A DNA stretch of 64,000 bases, taken from the NCBI GenBank assembly GCA_039621445.1, contig CP154954.1, positions 37,805,703-37,869,702 on the forward strand, given 5' to 3'. Positions within the stretch are counted from its first letter, which is position 1. Each line of letters opens with the position of its first letter. The stretch comes from Euglena gracilis (Eukaryota). Positions 24,887 to 35,897 of the stretch are shown piece after piece. The notes under the pieces were generated by a model, which saw only the letters and a program-made list of their open reading frames with translations, had not been told where the DNA came from and made no database searches. The position numbers and the translations under genes were made by a program.

Positions 24887-26389
24887 TTACTGCGCCTTTG
24901 TTGCCGGAGTTGGCGATGATGAGGCCTCGTCCGACACCTTGGCGAAGTGGAACCGTCGTGGCCCGCCCCCCCCCCCCTCACGCATGGTTGCTTGCTGGCC
25001 CCCCCCCCTCGATGGGGATGGTGGTCTCTTTCCGGTGTTTTTCCGGGTGGGTGATTGGGGCTGCTTGGTCGGGGGTCCCCTTTCTGGTTGGGATGTTTTT
25101 CTTTTTCTGCTGATTTTTTGGGTGGGGGGGTTGGGCTCACCATCTTCTTGTGCTTCGCCCTCTTGGTCCCTTCCTCCCCCTTCCTCTGTCGTGGGAGTCC
25201 GAGACCATTCGGGCTCCGCACTGCGAGATGGTGAGGTACTGTGCACCCCCCTTTGGGCCATAATATTTTGAATTTTTGAAACGACACCAAGTCGCAAATA
25301 ATGAGCTTGGAAGGCCCCAATATTTTTCCACTGACCCAGCTGCTGGACTTCTTCCACTTGTAAACCAGCATTTTTCCACCATAAAACCCCAGCCCCTCTA
25401 GTGCTGTGGGGTTTCCAGTGGGTGGTGTCCACCCCCCCCTCTTGCAGAATTTCTTTTGTAAGGGAATTCACTCTTTCTGATGTCAAAGGTCGTTTACCAT
25501 CCAAAGACCATAACAAATTATTTTTGTGCCCAACCATGTGGGCTGTCCTTTCCACATACTCTTTCAATAGGTGCCAGGGGCTGATGAGGGGGGTGTGTGG
25601 AAAATTCAAAAATTCCTCCCATCTTGGGAATTGCCACCCTTTTCTTTGCAATAATATGAAAATTTTTTCTCCCACGAAACTTATTTTTCGCTGTGTCCTG
25701 GCTAAATCAACCCCCCTGTGGAGGGCCAAAAGCCTCCAACAAATGATGAGTCTGTTTCTGAGCTCTTTCACAGAGAGTTCTGAGAGGGGTCTTGATTGTC
25801 TGATGATGTTGTTTAGAAAATCAGTGGGGTCCCAGAAATGGGCATACTTGCAGACATTGGAATTCCATTTCCTTTTCACTGGAGACAAAAGAGGGGAAAA
25901 CCTCAATGACCCAAACCCTGGGAGTAATAAAACTGCTGCATATGCATTTCGTGCAGTGTTGAGGCTGTGAACAGCCAAATCAAGGATGGCCTCGGCCATC
26001 TTGTGGACAGTGCAGTCCTGCAGGGGCACCCCTTTGTGCAACAATTGGCCCACCAATGTCCTGAAGGCTGAATCATATCTCTTGACATTTCCCAGATTTT
26101 TTATGTAAGTGTCAATACTGGACATCGAAACTTCCTGGGATTGTAATATTTGCCTGACACAATCAAGCAGGCCAATTTCCACCTTGGGGGGGGCATCTCC
26201 TCCCCCCAGCAGTTGGTGAACAGACCCCATTGGGGGGGTACTAGCAAAACTTTGCTGCCTGGCTTTCTGATTGCCATTAATTGGCGCCACCATGATGTTG
26301 AAGCCCAGTGGGGTACGATCAACAGACAAGTCAGGTCTGGGTTTACCACTGAACCCATTGGGGAATGATGCTCCAGGGGGGGTTTGCAT
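24887..26389 (-). CDS. Tyrosine recombinase of element A
   Basis: 500-aa open frame with catalytic R (LHRGVDL), HSTR, W (LGQW) and Y (QAHYL). Confidence 0.92.
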   Translation of the reverse strand: MQTPPGASFPNGFSGKPRPDLSVDRTPLGFNIMVAPINGNQKARQQSFASTPPMGSVHQLLGGGDAPPKVEIGLLDCVRQILQSQEVSMSSIDTYIKNLGNVKRYDSAFRTLVGQLLHKGVPLQDCTVHKMAEAILDLAVHSLNTARNAYAAVLLLPGFGSLRFSPLLSPVKRKWNSNVCKYAHFWDPTDFLNNIIRQSRPLSELSVKELRNRLIICWRLLALHRGVDLARTQRKISFVGEKIFILLQRKGWQFPRWEEFLNFPHTPLISPWHLLKEYVERTAHMVGHKNNLLWSLDGKRPLTSERVNSLTKEILQEGGVDTTHWKPHSTRGAGVLWWKNAGLQVEEVQQLGQWKNIGAFQAHYLRLGVVSKIQNIMAQRGVHSTSPSRSAEPEWSRTPTTEEGGGRDQEGEAQEDGEPNPPTQKISRKRKTSQPERGPPTKQPQSPTRKNTGKRPPSPSRGGGQQATMREGGGGGPRRFHFAKVSDEASSSPTPATKAQ

Positions 26390-26610
26390 AAACTGGGGGG
26401 AGGCCCCTCAAATCTGCCTTCAAGGCATCCACCAGCAAAGCCCCTTGGTGGGGGTATCGACAAACAAACTTGGGGAATTTTTTGTTGCTGGGTGTGCAAA
26501 ACATGTCCACCTCTGGGGTGATTTCCTGTCTGAAAAACTGAACAATTTGGTGAAAGATGTGAAGGTTTTAGGTTTAAGGTTTAGGGTATAATCCCCTGGG
26601 TCCTTTTGCT
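26150..26610 (-). pseudogene. N6-adenine methyltransferase-like domain of element A (frameshifted)
   Basis: DPGDYTL..EVDMFCT..YANPPW..CLLIVPHWASTSWW. Confidence 0.85.
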
Positions 26611-28020
26611 CCCTGGTCAGGGAGTCTGCCAATTGCTCTTTTGTGGGAACCCAAACCACCTGCAAATTGATTTGCTTTTCTTGGCAATGATACAGCAGGG
26701 GTTTTAAAATGGAATTTAGGTAGGGCTTTTTGCCTCCCCATTTTGTTAGATAACTTACAGCCACTTGGCTGTCCACATGAAGCATTATGGTTTGTTTTGG
26801 TTTTGCCAGACTTTTTACTGTCTCCACTGCTGACATCAATTCTTTTTGGTTGATGTGAAGGATGTGCAGGTCCCTCCAAAAATCCTGCACTTTTTGGCCT
26901 GAGTTTTTGTCCAGCCCCCCGCACTGCCAGGTGCTGCTGTCTGAAAACAGATCCTGAGAGGCCTGGGATTGAAAGGCTCTGCCCACACCTGGCTGCAAAA
27001 ACGCTTTTAACTCCACAATTTGATCTTTGACCCCCTGGGGAATGGTTAGGGTGTGGTCCCAACCCCACTTTGTGTGCAAATCCACCATTTTGCAAAGTTG
27101 ATCTGTCAGAATTCTGAGAAATGGCATGGAGACTAAATAGCTTCTGACCTGCCCCACAATAGAGCTGAGTTTTCTGCAGCTCATTTTTTGTGCTGTGAGC
27201 ACTTTTCCCAGCTCCTTTCTTAAGGATTTTAGTTTTTCCTGTGGGATTTCCAGCTGGCCCTTTTTCAAATTTACCCACTGGCCCAAATGTTTTATCTCCT
27301 GTGTGGGTTCCAGACAGGATTTGGGGAGGTTTCATCTGAAACCTGCCAATAAAAGGTCCTGCTTTATTTCTGCCAAATGTTGGGCTGCAGTCTTTTTGCT
27401 GGGGGCTAACAGCAAAATGTCGTCTAGGTAGATGAAAACTACCTTTCCCTCCTTTCTCCACTTCCTTTCCCAGACTCTCATGAGAGTCATAAACTTTTGT
27501 GGCAGGCTGCTGATGCCAAAACATGCAGCTTGAAACTGCCAAGTTTCCCCCCCCCACTTGCATGCAGACATGTTTTTCCAGGCTGCTGTGCAGTTTTAGG
27601 TGAAAATATGCATCTTTCAGATCTATTTTTCCACAGAACCATCCTTTTCTTAGGTATGGGAAAATGTTTCCCATGTGTTCCAGTCTGAACTTCTGGGGTG
27701 TGAAATAGTGATTTAACTGTCGACAATCTGAAATTAGTCTTTCCTTGGTCTTTTCCCCTTCTTTTTTTGGAAATTATGAAGTAAGGGACAAAATGTTTTG
27801 CCTCCTCTGGAGGGATTTGCCCGGTTGCCCCTGCACATTCGTATTCTCTCAGAATTTTTTGGGCAGTCATTACTTCCTGGGGGGCTTTGAAGGGAACTCT
27901 TAAGGACATTAGAGGGGGGAGGGGAAGATCTGCCATGACCCCTTCCCTTATCAGGTTTAATACCTCTCTGCTGGCACCTGCCTTTTCCCAATGGGGGATA
28001 CTGGCCTGCAGGGCTTTGTA
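26600..28020 (-). pseudogene. RT / RNase H of element A (frameshifts mostly at homopolymers)
   Basis: HWEKAGASREVL, KIDLKDAYFHL, CFGISSLP, IYLDDILL, FSDSS, HINQKEL, LADSLTR. Confidence 0.93.
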
Positions 28021-29026
28021 AGGGGGCACCCCTGGATGTAATGTGTCTGGGGATTCCACAGGCCCCATCACTGGGGTCCTTCCCCCTGGCTGCCCCATCA
28101 CTGGGGACCTCTCTGGCTGCCCCATCGCTGGGGTCACCTCTAGCCCTGCCATAGGGCTGCTCAAAGACAGGCTTTCCCCCTGTTTTTGAAAGATGGGGGA
28201 AGGTCTGTTTCTGCAGTGGGGAGGTACATATATAGCTGGGGGGTGTGGGCTGATTATCTTCTGGGGGGGCCCTGGTGTAGCCAATCTTGGGCCTCCCCCC
28301 CAAGGGCTGTGGTCTTGAATGCATTGGCCTCCCATGGCCAGCTGATTTTGATTGAAATGGCCTCCATTGGCCTTGATATTTTCCCTCTGGCCTCCATTGG
28401 CCTCTTGGATATAATGGCCTCCATTGGCCTTCCCCTGAAGGGGGGGCTGCTTGCTTGGATGGGCAGCTCGTGAGGGGTTTTTGTTTGAGGGAGCTGTGGG
28501 GTAAGTTGGACATACCTTTCCCCAGTGGGATCTTCCCAGGTTGGGATACAGGCTGCCATAGCCTTGCAACTGGGCCCACTGCCCTCTTGAATGCTGGCTG
28601 CCATAGCCTTGATTCTGGGCCCCAGGCCCTGTTAAATGATGGCTGCCATAGCCTTGAGTTTGATTTGAATCCTTTGGATTTCTGATATCCCCAGAGAGGC
28701 TGCCATAGCCTTTGCTTTTTCCCCTGGAGGGGGAGGAATTGGGAAAAAGGGGTGGAGTCTGTTGGACCTGTGATGGTAGTCCCCCTCTGTCTTCTCTTCC
28801 TGACCACTGCTGTCCATGGTCCATGGCCATCATTTTGAGTGGGGGATCCTGAAAACTTTGAATTGCTGGGGGGTGGGGGGGTTGCGATGGCCACGGACTG
28901 ACGTGCTGCTGCCGCCTCATCACCTTCTGCAGCTGCTGCTGTGTGTCCACCTTCCCCAGCTGTTTTCTTGGAAGTTCGTTGGAATTCTTCTTGGCAGTCT
29001 GAATTTCTTTGCAGCTCATTCTTCAT
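27734..29026 (-). CDS. gag-like ORF1 of element A (overlaps a second 510-aa open frame)
   Basis: 430-aa low-complexity ORF with RLWQP and GQWRP repeats at the ORF1 position. Confidence 0.6.
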   Translation of the reverse strand: MKNELQRNSDCQEEFQRTSKKTAGEGGHTAAAAEGDEAAAARQSVAIATPPPPSNSKFSGSPTQNDGHGPWTAVVRKRRQRGTTITGPTDSTPFSQFLPLQGKKQRLWQPLWGYQKSKGFKSNSRLWQPSFNRAWGPESRLWQPAFKRAVGPVARLWQPVSQPGKIPLGKGMSNLPHSSLKQKPLTSCPSKQAAPPSGEGQWRPLYPRGQWRPEGKYQGQWRPFQSKSAGHGRPMHSRPQPLGGRPKIGYTRAPPEDNQPTPPSYICTSPLQKQTFPHLSKTGGKPVFEQPYGRARGDPSDGAAREVPSDGAARGKDPSDGACGIPRHITSRGAPLQSPAGQYPPLGKGRCQQRGIKPDKGRGHGRSSPPPSNVLKSSLQSPPGSNDCPKNSERIRMCRGNRANPSRGGKTFCPLLHNFQKKKGKRPRKD

Positions 29027-30972
29027 GGAAGTCCAGTGTGATGCTGTCTTCTTAATTGAAATATTTCTGGGATAATTCCAGTTGAACTCGACGACTTGAA
29101 TTCTTCCTCCTGGAAGTCGAAGGTCAGCAAAAAGTTTTTATCCACCAGTTGATAATTCGCCGGTCTTCGGTGAATGTAATGCTCCTTGTAAATATTTTCC
29201 AAGTGAACTCGTAGCAGTAAAATTCTTTCTCCTTGAGGTCGAAGGGCAGAATTAGGAATCAGCCAACTCCGGCAACAAAGAGCAGTAAGAAGCACCCCCC
29301 GCGCACGCACAAACACACCAGAACAGAAGCCGGCAAGGAAAGCAGGACCTCACCATCTCGCAGTGCGGAGCCCGAATGGTCGACTTCTTTTCTTGTTCTT
29401 CTTCGTTCGTGAACTCTTTTCCTTTCTTCTTGGTGTCGAAGGGCAAGTTAAGAATCAGCCAACTCCGGCGAAAAAGGCACTAAGCGGGACCCCCTAACCC
29501 AGCGCCGCGAACAATCACACAACAAACCGCCGGCGAGCAAGGCATGGCCTCACAATGGCAAAGTGCGGAGCCCGAGGTGTCGTGCGGAGCCCGAGGGGTC
29601 GGCCGCCATCCCCACGTTCGGCAAAAGCCATGCTTTTTATGGCGGTTCTTTTTTTAAAAAAAAAATGCCTAATAAAAATAAAGCAAACAGCAGAACTCCA
29701 TGGGGCAACGAACATTACAAAAGGGCAGTACCCAGCCAAACAAGCGACGGAAAAGCAAATGCACAGCACCTGATTTGCGCAATACTCCCTCGTGCCTTGG
29801 GAGAGAAGAACTCGAGGGACAGATTCAAATCTAGCAGACAAAAACAAAATGCCAATCCATTTGCCTTAAAAGACAATTCGAAAAATGAACAATCCAAAAT
29901 CAAAAACCAACACAACATTGCTTCCTTTGTGAAGAGAAGAAGGTCTGATCAAGTCAATTTCAACACCAAAAACACGCATTCAAAAATGCATCTGAACCAT
30001 ACCTTTTATTCATTTTGCTTACACTTCTTCAAAATAATTTTAAAGATCTTCTATACACAAGCAAATATATTGCATTACAATAATATGCACCTTCTGGCCC
30101 TTTTTGCACCCCTCCCCCAGCCCCATGGATATCCACCACTACCCTCCGGTCCAGGAGGGGACACCCTCACCTAAACAGTGGTGGCCTGGGTGGCCAATTT
30201 TTCCCCCCTCCCCGCCCCTTCACCCCCATCCAAAATCCAAAAACCAACCTAAATGCTCCATCCTTATATCACTGAAAAACACACAACACACAAAAAACTC
30301 AAATCAGCTTTGCGCCTTTGGGAGGCGTGTTGGCAGCCAAAAAAAAATCGGAGGGTGTGGGGGGGGAGTGAAGAGGGGGGATCCGGGTAACCAACTCACT
30401 CCGATTGACTTTTGGATAGGACGGAGAGGACCAACCAGTCTTGGATATAAATGGTGATAGGTAGGAGAGGGGATCCCAAAGTTTGGAACCGGGGTCCAAT
30501 TTTTGCGGTGAAGGGGAAAAAATTCAAAAATCCGCTCCCACCCCATATGTCATCCTTTTCCCTGAACAAAAGAACTAAATGTTTGCCGGAGGCGTGTTCA
30601 GCCTGTTCGGGGGGGGGGGGAGGGGGGGCTTCATCACTTTTTTAGTCTCGAGATATTTTGACCACTTTTTTTTGTCGGAAGCCATTTGGACTACCCTCGG
30701 GGGGGGGTGTCAAAAAATTTTGGAAACTGCCACTTTGCGACTGGAATTTTTTGGGCGAGCCGGGCCCTTCCGCCCCCGGCGTCACTCCACTTTTGAAAAC
30801 CAGTCGCACTGAACCATCAGCACTACCCCCCCGGGGGGGGGGGGGGGTCACCAAAACTCAGTCACCTGCCAAAAAAAATTTTCCGGCGTCTCACCATTGC
30901 CCACTCCCGCCCCCCCCCGAGGGGGTCCAAAACCAGTGCCGTCACCCACCCCCCCTGGACTCTGCAATTGTC

Positions 30973-31915
30973 TGAGCCGGGGTCATGGTGATAATCCACC
31001 GCTTGGTGGCCCCAAATCATATTTTCCTCGAAACATCGAAAAAATAATTGCCCAACCCATGTGTTATGGCCTCCTGGACAAGGAAAAACTGTTTTGGCGC
31101 TGAAAATAAATGTTTTCGACCTCCAGCCCCCCGTTTTTCAGCCCGAAATCCATGCGTTTTGGGTTATTTTTGGTTCGAGTTTTTGAGCCGAGAATGAGTG
31201 TTTTTCGACCCCCCCCTCCCCGGCCCCCGATTTTTTAGCCCAAAACCCATGGGTTTTGGAACATTTCCCGGAAAAAATTCCGGAAATTTGTCAAAAATTT
31301 CTGGACACGCTGGGCCAGGCCGGGCCGGGCTGGTCCGCCCGGTCCTGCCGAGCGCCGGGCTGCCAGGCTGGGTCGCCGGGCCGGGCCGGGCTGGGCCAGG
31401 CTGCCCTGACTGCCACACGTCCCAAACACCTGCTGCAGCATGGAACCATCGCACACGTGAAGAGCTCAGCACTACACAAAACCTGGTTATAGTGGGGGTC
31501 ATTGAATTCTCGTCTCTTCTGAGTTAGAGCGAAGCTTACAACCGTTTTTTTCTTTTCAGTCGCAGGACACTGGATATCGAGTTTCCGAATCACCTCCATT
31601 TGACCCACAACTCCCCGCCAGGCCCGAGTTACTCACCCGCGAAGCGGTCCAAACTGGGTAGGATTGGCCCGCGCCCCCCCTCTTCTGGCTCTGCCATTTC
31701 GCCGGGGTTCAGAAATTGGTAAAAAATCGATTTTTTTTTAAAAAATATCTCGAGAAAACGTACATTATTTCTGGAAGTTGGCAACTTGGCGTACCGGCCT
31801 GACCCGGCCCGACACGGCCCGGCCTGCAGCCCGGTCGCCCAGTCCAGAATTCTTTTGACCCGAAAATTTTTTCGCTTTTTTTAAATTTGTTAACCCGAAA
31901 GTGACCCAGAACACA
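30973..31915. repeat. Direct repeat, partner at 48750-49498, bracketing the macrosatellite
   Basis: gagccggggtcatggtgataatccaccgctt...gacccagaacac is present at both sites. Confidence 0.85.
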
Positions 31916-32076
31916 TGGGTTTCATGGGTTCGGGCCACAGACGGGGCCCCGGGGTCAAAAAATGCTGGTTTTTGGCTCGAAAACAGTTTTTCCTGGTCCG
32001 GGAGGCCAAAAAACAAGGTTCTAGGCAGAAATTTTCGATGTTTTTCGACTTTTTTGATCCAGAGATGACCCAAAGT

Positions 32077-35000
32077 GGGCTCCCGGATCTGGCCTGGGGG
32101 GGGGGGGTTGTGGGCCGACCCTAGGGTCGGCCCACGGTCGCCAAAGGTCGCCAAAGGTCGCTATAGTCGACCCCCCCCCCGAGGCTGTGGAGTGGGTGGC
32201 GACCCTAGAAACCCTTTGTGGGCCGACCCTAGGGTCGACTTAGGGTCGGCCCACCCCACGACCTCCCCCCCCCCCTACAACCCTAGGGTCGACTTAGGGT
32301 CGGCCCACCCCACGACCTCCCCCCCCCTCCAAAGAAAAAAATGAAATTTTCGGACCGTTTTTAGGGGACAAATCCTTTCTGTAACCCAGCTGTTTTGGGG
32401 GGCAAATCCCTGTTGTTGCCCAACTGTTGGAGGGTCCCAAAATAACAAAATTCCTTGTGTTACCCACCCGTTTTGGGGGACAAATCCCTTTTGTTGGCCA
32501 ACTGTTCGAGGGCCCCAGAATAACAAAAATCCCTTGTGTTGCCCACCCGTTTTGGGGGGCAAATCCCTTTTCTGGCCCAACTGTTCGAGGGCCCCAAAAT
32601 AAAAAATCCCTTGTGTAACCCAGCCGTTTTGGGGGCCAAATCCCTTTTGTTGGCCAACTGTTCGAGGGCCCCAGAATAACAAAAATCCCTTGTGTTGCCC
32701 ACCCGTTTTGGGGGGCAAATCCCTTTTCTGGCCCAACTGTTCGAGGGCCCCAAAATAAAAAATCCCTTGTGTAACCCAGCCGTTTTGGGGGCCAAATCCC
32801 TTTTGTTGCCCAACTGTCCCAGGGCCCCAAAAGAAAAAAAATCCCTTGTGTTACCCAGCCGTTTTGGGGGGGAAATCCCTTTTCTTGCCCAACTGTTCGA
32901 GGGCCCCAAAATAATAAAATCCCTTGTGTTACCCACCCGTTTTGGGGAGCAAATCCCTTTTGTTTCCCAACTGTTCGAGGGCCCCAAAATAAAAAAAAAT
33001 CCCTTGTGTTACCCAGCCGTTTTGGAGAGGCAAATCCCTTTTGTTGCCCAACTGTTCGAGGGCCCCAAAATAACAAAATCCCTTGTGTTCCCGACCCGTT
33101 TTGGAGGGCAAATCCCTTTTGTTGCCCAGCTGATTTGGGGGGCAAAACCCTTTTGTTGCCCAACTATTCGAGGGCCCCAAAATAACAAAATCCCTTGTGT
33201 TACCCAGCCGTTTTGGGGGCAAATCCCTTGTGTTGCTCAACTGTCCCAGGGCCCCAAAATAACAAAATCCCTTGTGTTACGGACCCGTTTTGGGAGGCAA
33301 ATCCCTTGTGTAACCCAGCCGTTTTGGGGGGCAAATCCCTTTTCTTGCCCAACTGTTCGAGGGCCCCCCCAAAAAAAATCCCTTGTGTTACCCAGCCGTT
33401 TTGGGAGGCAAATCCCTTTTGTTGCCCAACTGTTCGAGGGCCCCAAAATAACAAAATCCCTTGTGTTGGGGGGCAAATCCCTTTTGTTGCCCAACTACTC
33501 GAGGGCCCCAAATGAACAAAATCCCTTGTGTTACCCACCCGTTTTGAGGGCAAATCCCTTGTGTAACCAAACTGATTTGGGGGGCAAAACCCTTTTGTTG
33601 CTCAACTGTTCGAGGGCCCCAAAATAACAAAATCCCTTGTGTTACCCACCCGTTTTGGGGGGCAAATCCCTTGTGTAACCAAACTGATTTGGGGGGCAAA
33701 TCCCTTTTGTTGCCCAACTGTTCGAGGGCCCCAAAATAACAAAATCCCTTGTGTTACCCACCCGTTTTGGGGGCAAATCCCTTGTGAAACCGAACTGATT
33801 TGGGGGGCAAAACCCTTTTGTTGCTCAACTGTTCGAGGGCCCCAAAATAACAAAATCCCTTGTGTTACCCACCCGTTTTGGGGGACAAATCCCTTTTGTT
33901 GCCCAACTGTTCGAGGGCCCCAAAATAACAAAATCCCTTGTGTTACCCACCCGTTTTGGGGGGCAAATCCCTTTTGTTGCCCAACTGTTCGAGGACCCCA
34001 AAATAACAAAATCCCTTGTGTTACCCACCCGTTTTGGGGGGCAAATCCCTTGTGTAACCAAACTGATTTGGGGGGCAAATCCCTTTTGTTGCCCAACTGT
34101 TCGAGGGCCCCAAAATAACAAAATCCCTTGTGTTACCCACCCGTTTTGGGGGCAAATCCCTTTTGTTGCTCAACTGTTCGAGGGCCCCAAAACAACATAA
34201 TCCCTTGTGTTACCCACCTGTTTTGGGGGCAAATACCTTGTGCAACCCAACTGATTTGGGGGGCAAAACCCTTTTGTTGCTCAACTGTTCGAGGGCCCCA
34301 AAATAACAAAATCCCTTGTGTTACCCACCCGTTTTGGGGGCAAATCCCTTGTGAAACCCAAATGATTTGGTGGGCAAAACCCTTTCGTTGCCCAACTGTT
34401 CGAGGGCCCCAAAATAACAAAATCCCTTGTGTTACCCACCCCTTTTGGGGGCAAATCCCTTTTGTTGCCCAACTGTTCGAGGGCCCCAAAATAACAAAAT
34501 CCCTTGTGTTACCCACCCATTTTGGGGGAAAATCCCTTTTGTTGCTCAACTGTTCGAGGGCCCCAAAATAACAAAATCCCTTGTGTTACCCACCCGTTTT
34601 GGGGGCAAATCCCTTGTGTTGCTCAACTGTCCCAGGGCCCCAAATTAACAAAATCCCTTGTGTTACCCACCCGTTTTGAGGGAAAATCCCTTGTGAAACC
34701 CAACTGATTTGGGGGGCAAATCCCTTTTGTTGCTCAACTGTTCGAGGGCCCCAAAATAACAAAATCCCTTGTGTTACCCACCCGTTTTGGGGGGCAAATC
34801 CCTTGTGAAACCCAACTGATTTGGGGGGCAAAACCCTTTTGTTGCCCAACTGTTCGAGGGCCCCAAATTAACAAAATCCCTTGTGTTACCCACCCGTTTT
34901 GGGGGGCAAATCCCTTGTGAAACCCAACTGATTTGGTGGGCAAAACCCTTTCGTTGCCCAACTGTTCGAGGGCCCCAAAATAACAAAATCCCTTGTGTTA

Positions 35001-35897
35001 CCCACCCGTTTTGGGGGGCAAATCCCTTGTGTAACCGAACTGATTTGGGGGGCAAATCCCTTTTGTTGCCCAACTGTTCGAGGGCCCCAAAATAACAAAA
35101 TCCCTTGTGTTACCCACCCGTTTTGGGGGCAAATCCCTTGTGAAACCCAACTGATTTGGTGGGCAAAACCCTTTCGTTGCCCAACTGTTCGAGGGCCCCA
35201 AAATAACAAAATCCCTTGTGTTACCCACCCGTTTTGGGGGCAAATCCGTTTTGTTGCCCAACTGTTCGAGGGCCCCAAAATAACAAAATCCCTTGTGTTA
35301 CCCACCCGTTTTGGGGGGCAAATCCCTTTTGTTGCTCAACTGTTCGAGGGCCCCAAAATAACAAAATCCCTTGTGTTACCCACCCGTTCTGGGGGCAAAT
35401 CCCTTGTGTTGCCCAACTGTTCGAGGGCCCCAAATTAACAAAATCCCTTGTGTTACCCACCCGTTTTGGGGGGCAAATCCCTTGTGAAACCCAACTGATT
35501 TGGGGGGCAAAACCCTTTTGTTGCCCAACTGTTCGAGGGCGCCAAAATAACAAAATCCCTTGTGTTACCCACCCGTTTTGGGGGGCAAATACCTTGTGCA
35601 ACCCAACTGATTTCGAGGGCCCCAAAATAACAAAATCCCTTGTGTTACCCACCCAGGGTTTTGGGGGGCAAATCCCTTGTGAAACCCAACTGATTTGGGG
35701 GGCGGAGGTCGTGGGGTGGGCCGACCCTAGGGTCGGCCCACGACCCTAAGGCGACCCTGGGGTCGGCGACCCTAGGGTCGGCCCACTAGGGGGGTCTCGC
35801 GGACGGCTCCTTGGGCGACCTTTGGCGACCGTTGGCGACCGTGGGCCGACCCCAGGGTCGGCCCACAACCCCTCCCCCCAGGCCAGATCTACACCCC
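32077..35897. mobile_element. Non-autonomous TIR (Mutator/foldback-like) element with internal satellite
   Basis: 9-bp TSD acccaaagt (32068-32076, 35898-35906), present once in uninterrupted units; imperfect TIRs of about 200-250 bp. Confidence 0.88.
32365..35700. repeat. Satellite of ~79-bp and ~113-bp units made of ~34/45-bp aaatccctt subrepeats
   Basis: aaatcccttgtgttacccacccgttttggggggc + aaatcccttttgttgcccaactgttcgagggccccaaaataacaa, with an optional third subunit. Confidence 0.97.

Larger units (their letters stand above)
24758..29381 (-). mobile_element. DIRS1-type element A, full length 4624 bp, nested in B
   Basis: ITRs at about 24815-24913 and 29261-29358 are nearly identical; ICR 25136-25236 is complementary to both ends; all DIRS domains present. 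Confidence 0.95.
20287..29581 (-). mobile_element. DIRS1-type element B (4671 bp after removing nested element A)
   Basis: ITRs at about 20349-20452 and 29451-29557; ICR 20581-20687 is complementary to both termini; gag, RT (IYLDDILL), RNase H, MT (LYANPP) and YR (HSTRG) present; several frameshifts. Confidence 0.92.

Noticed and set aside
32275-35749. Many repetitive ORFs (WGPRTVGQQKGF etc.) or a CRISPR array
   Set aside because: These are translations of a tandem satellite; frames shift at homopolymers and there are no unique spacers.
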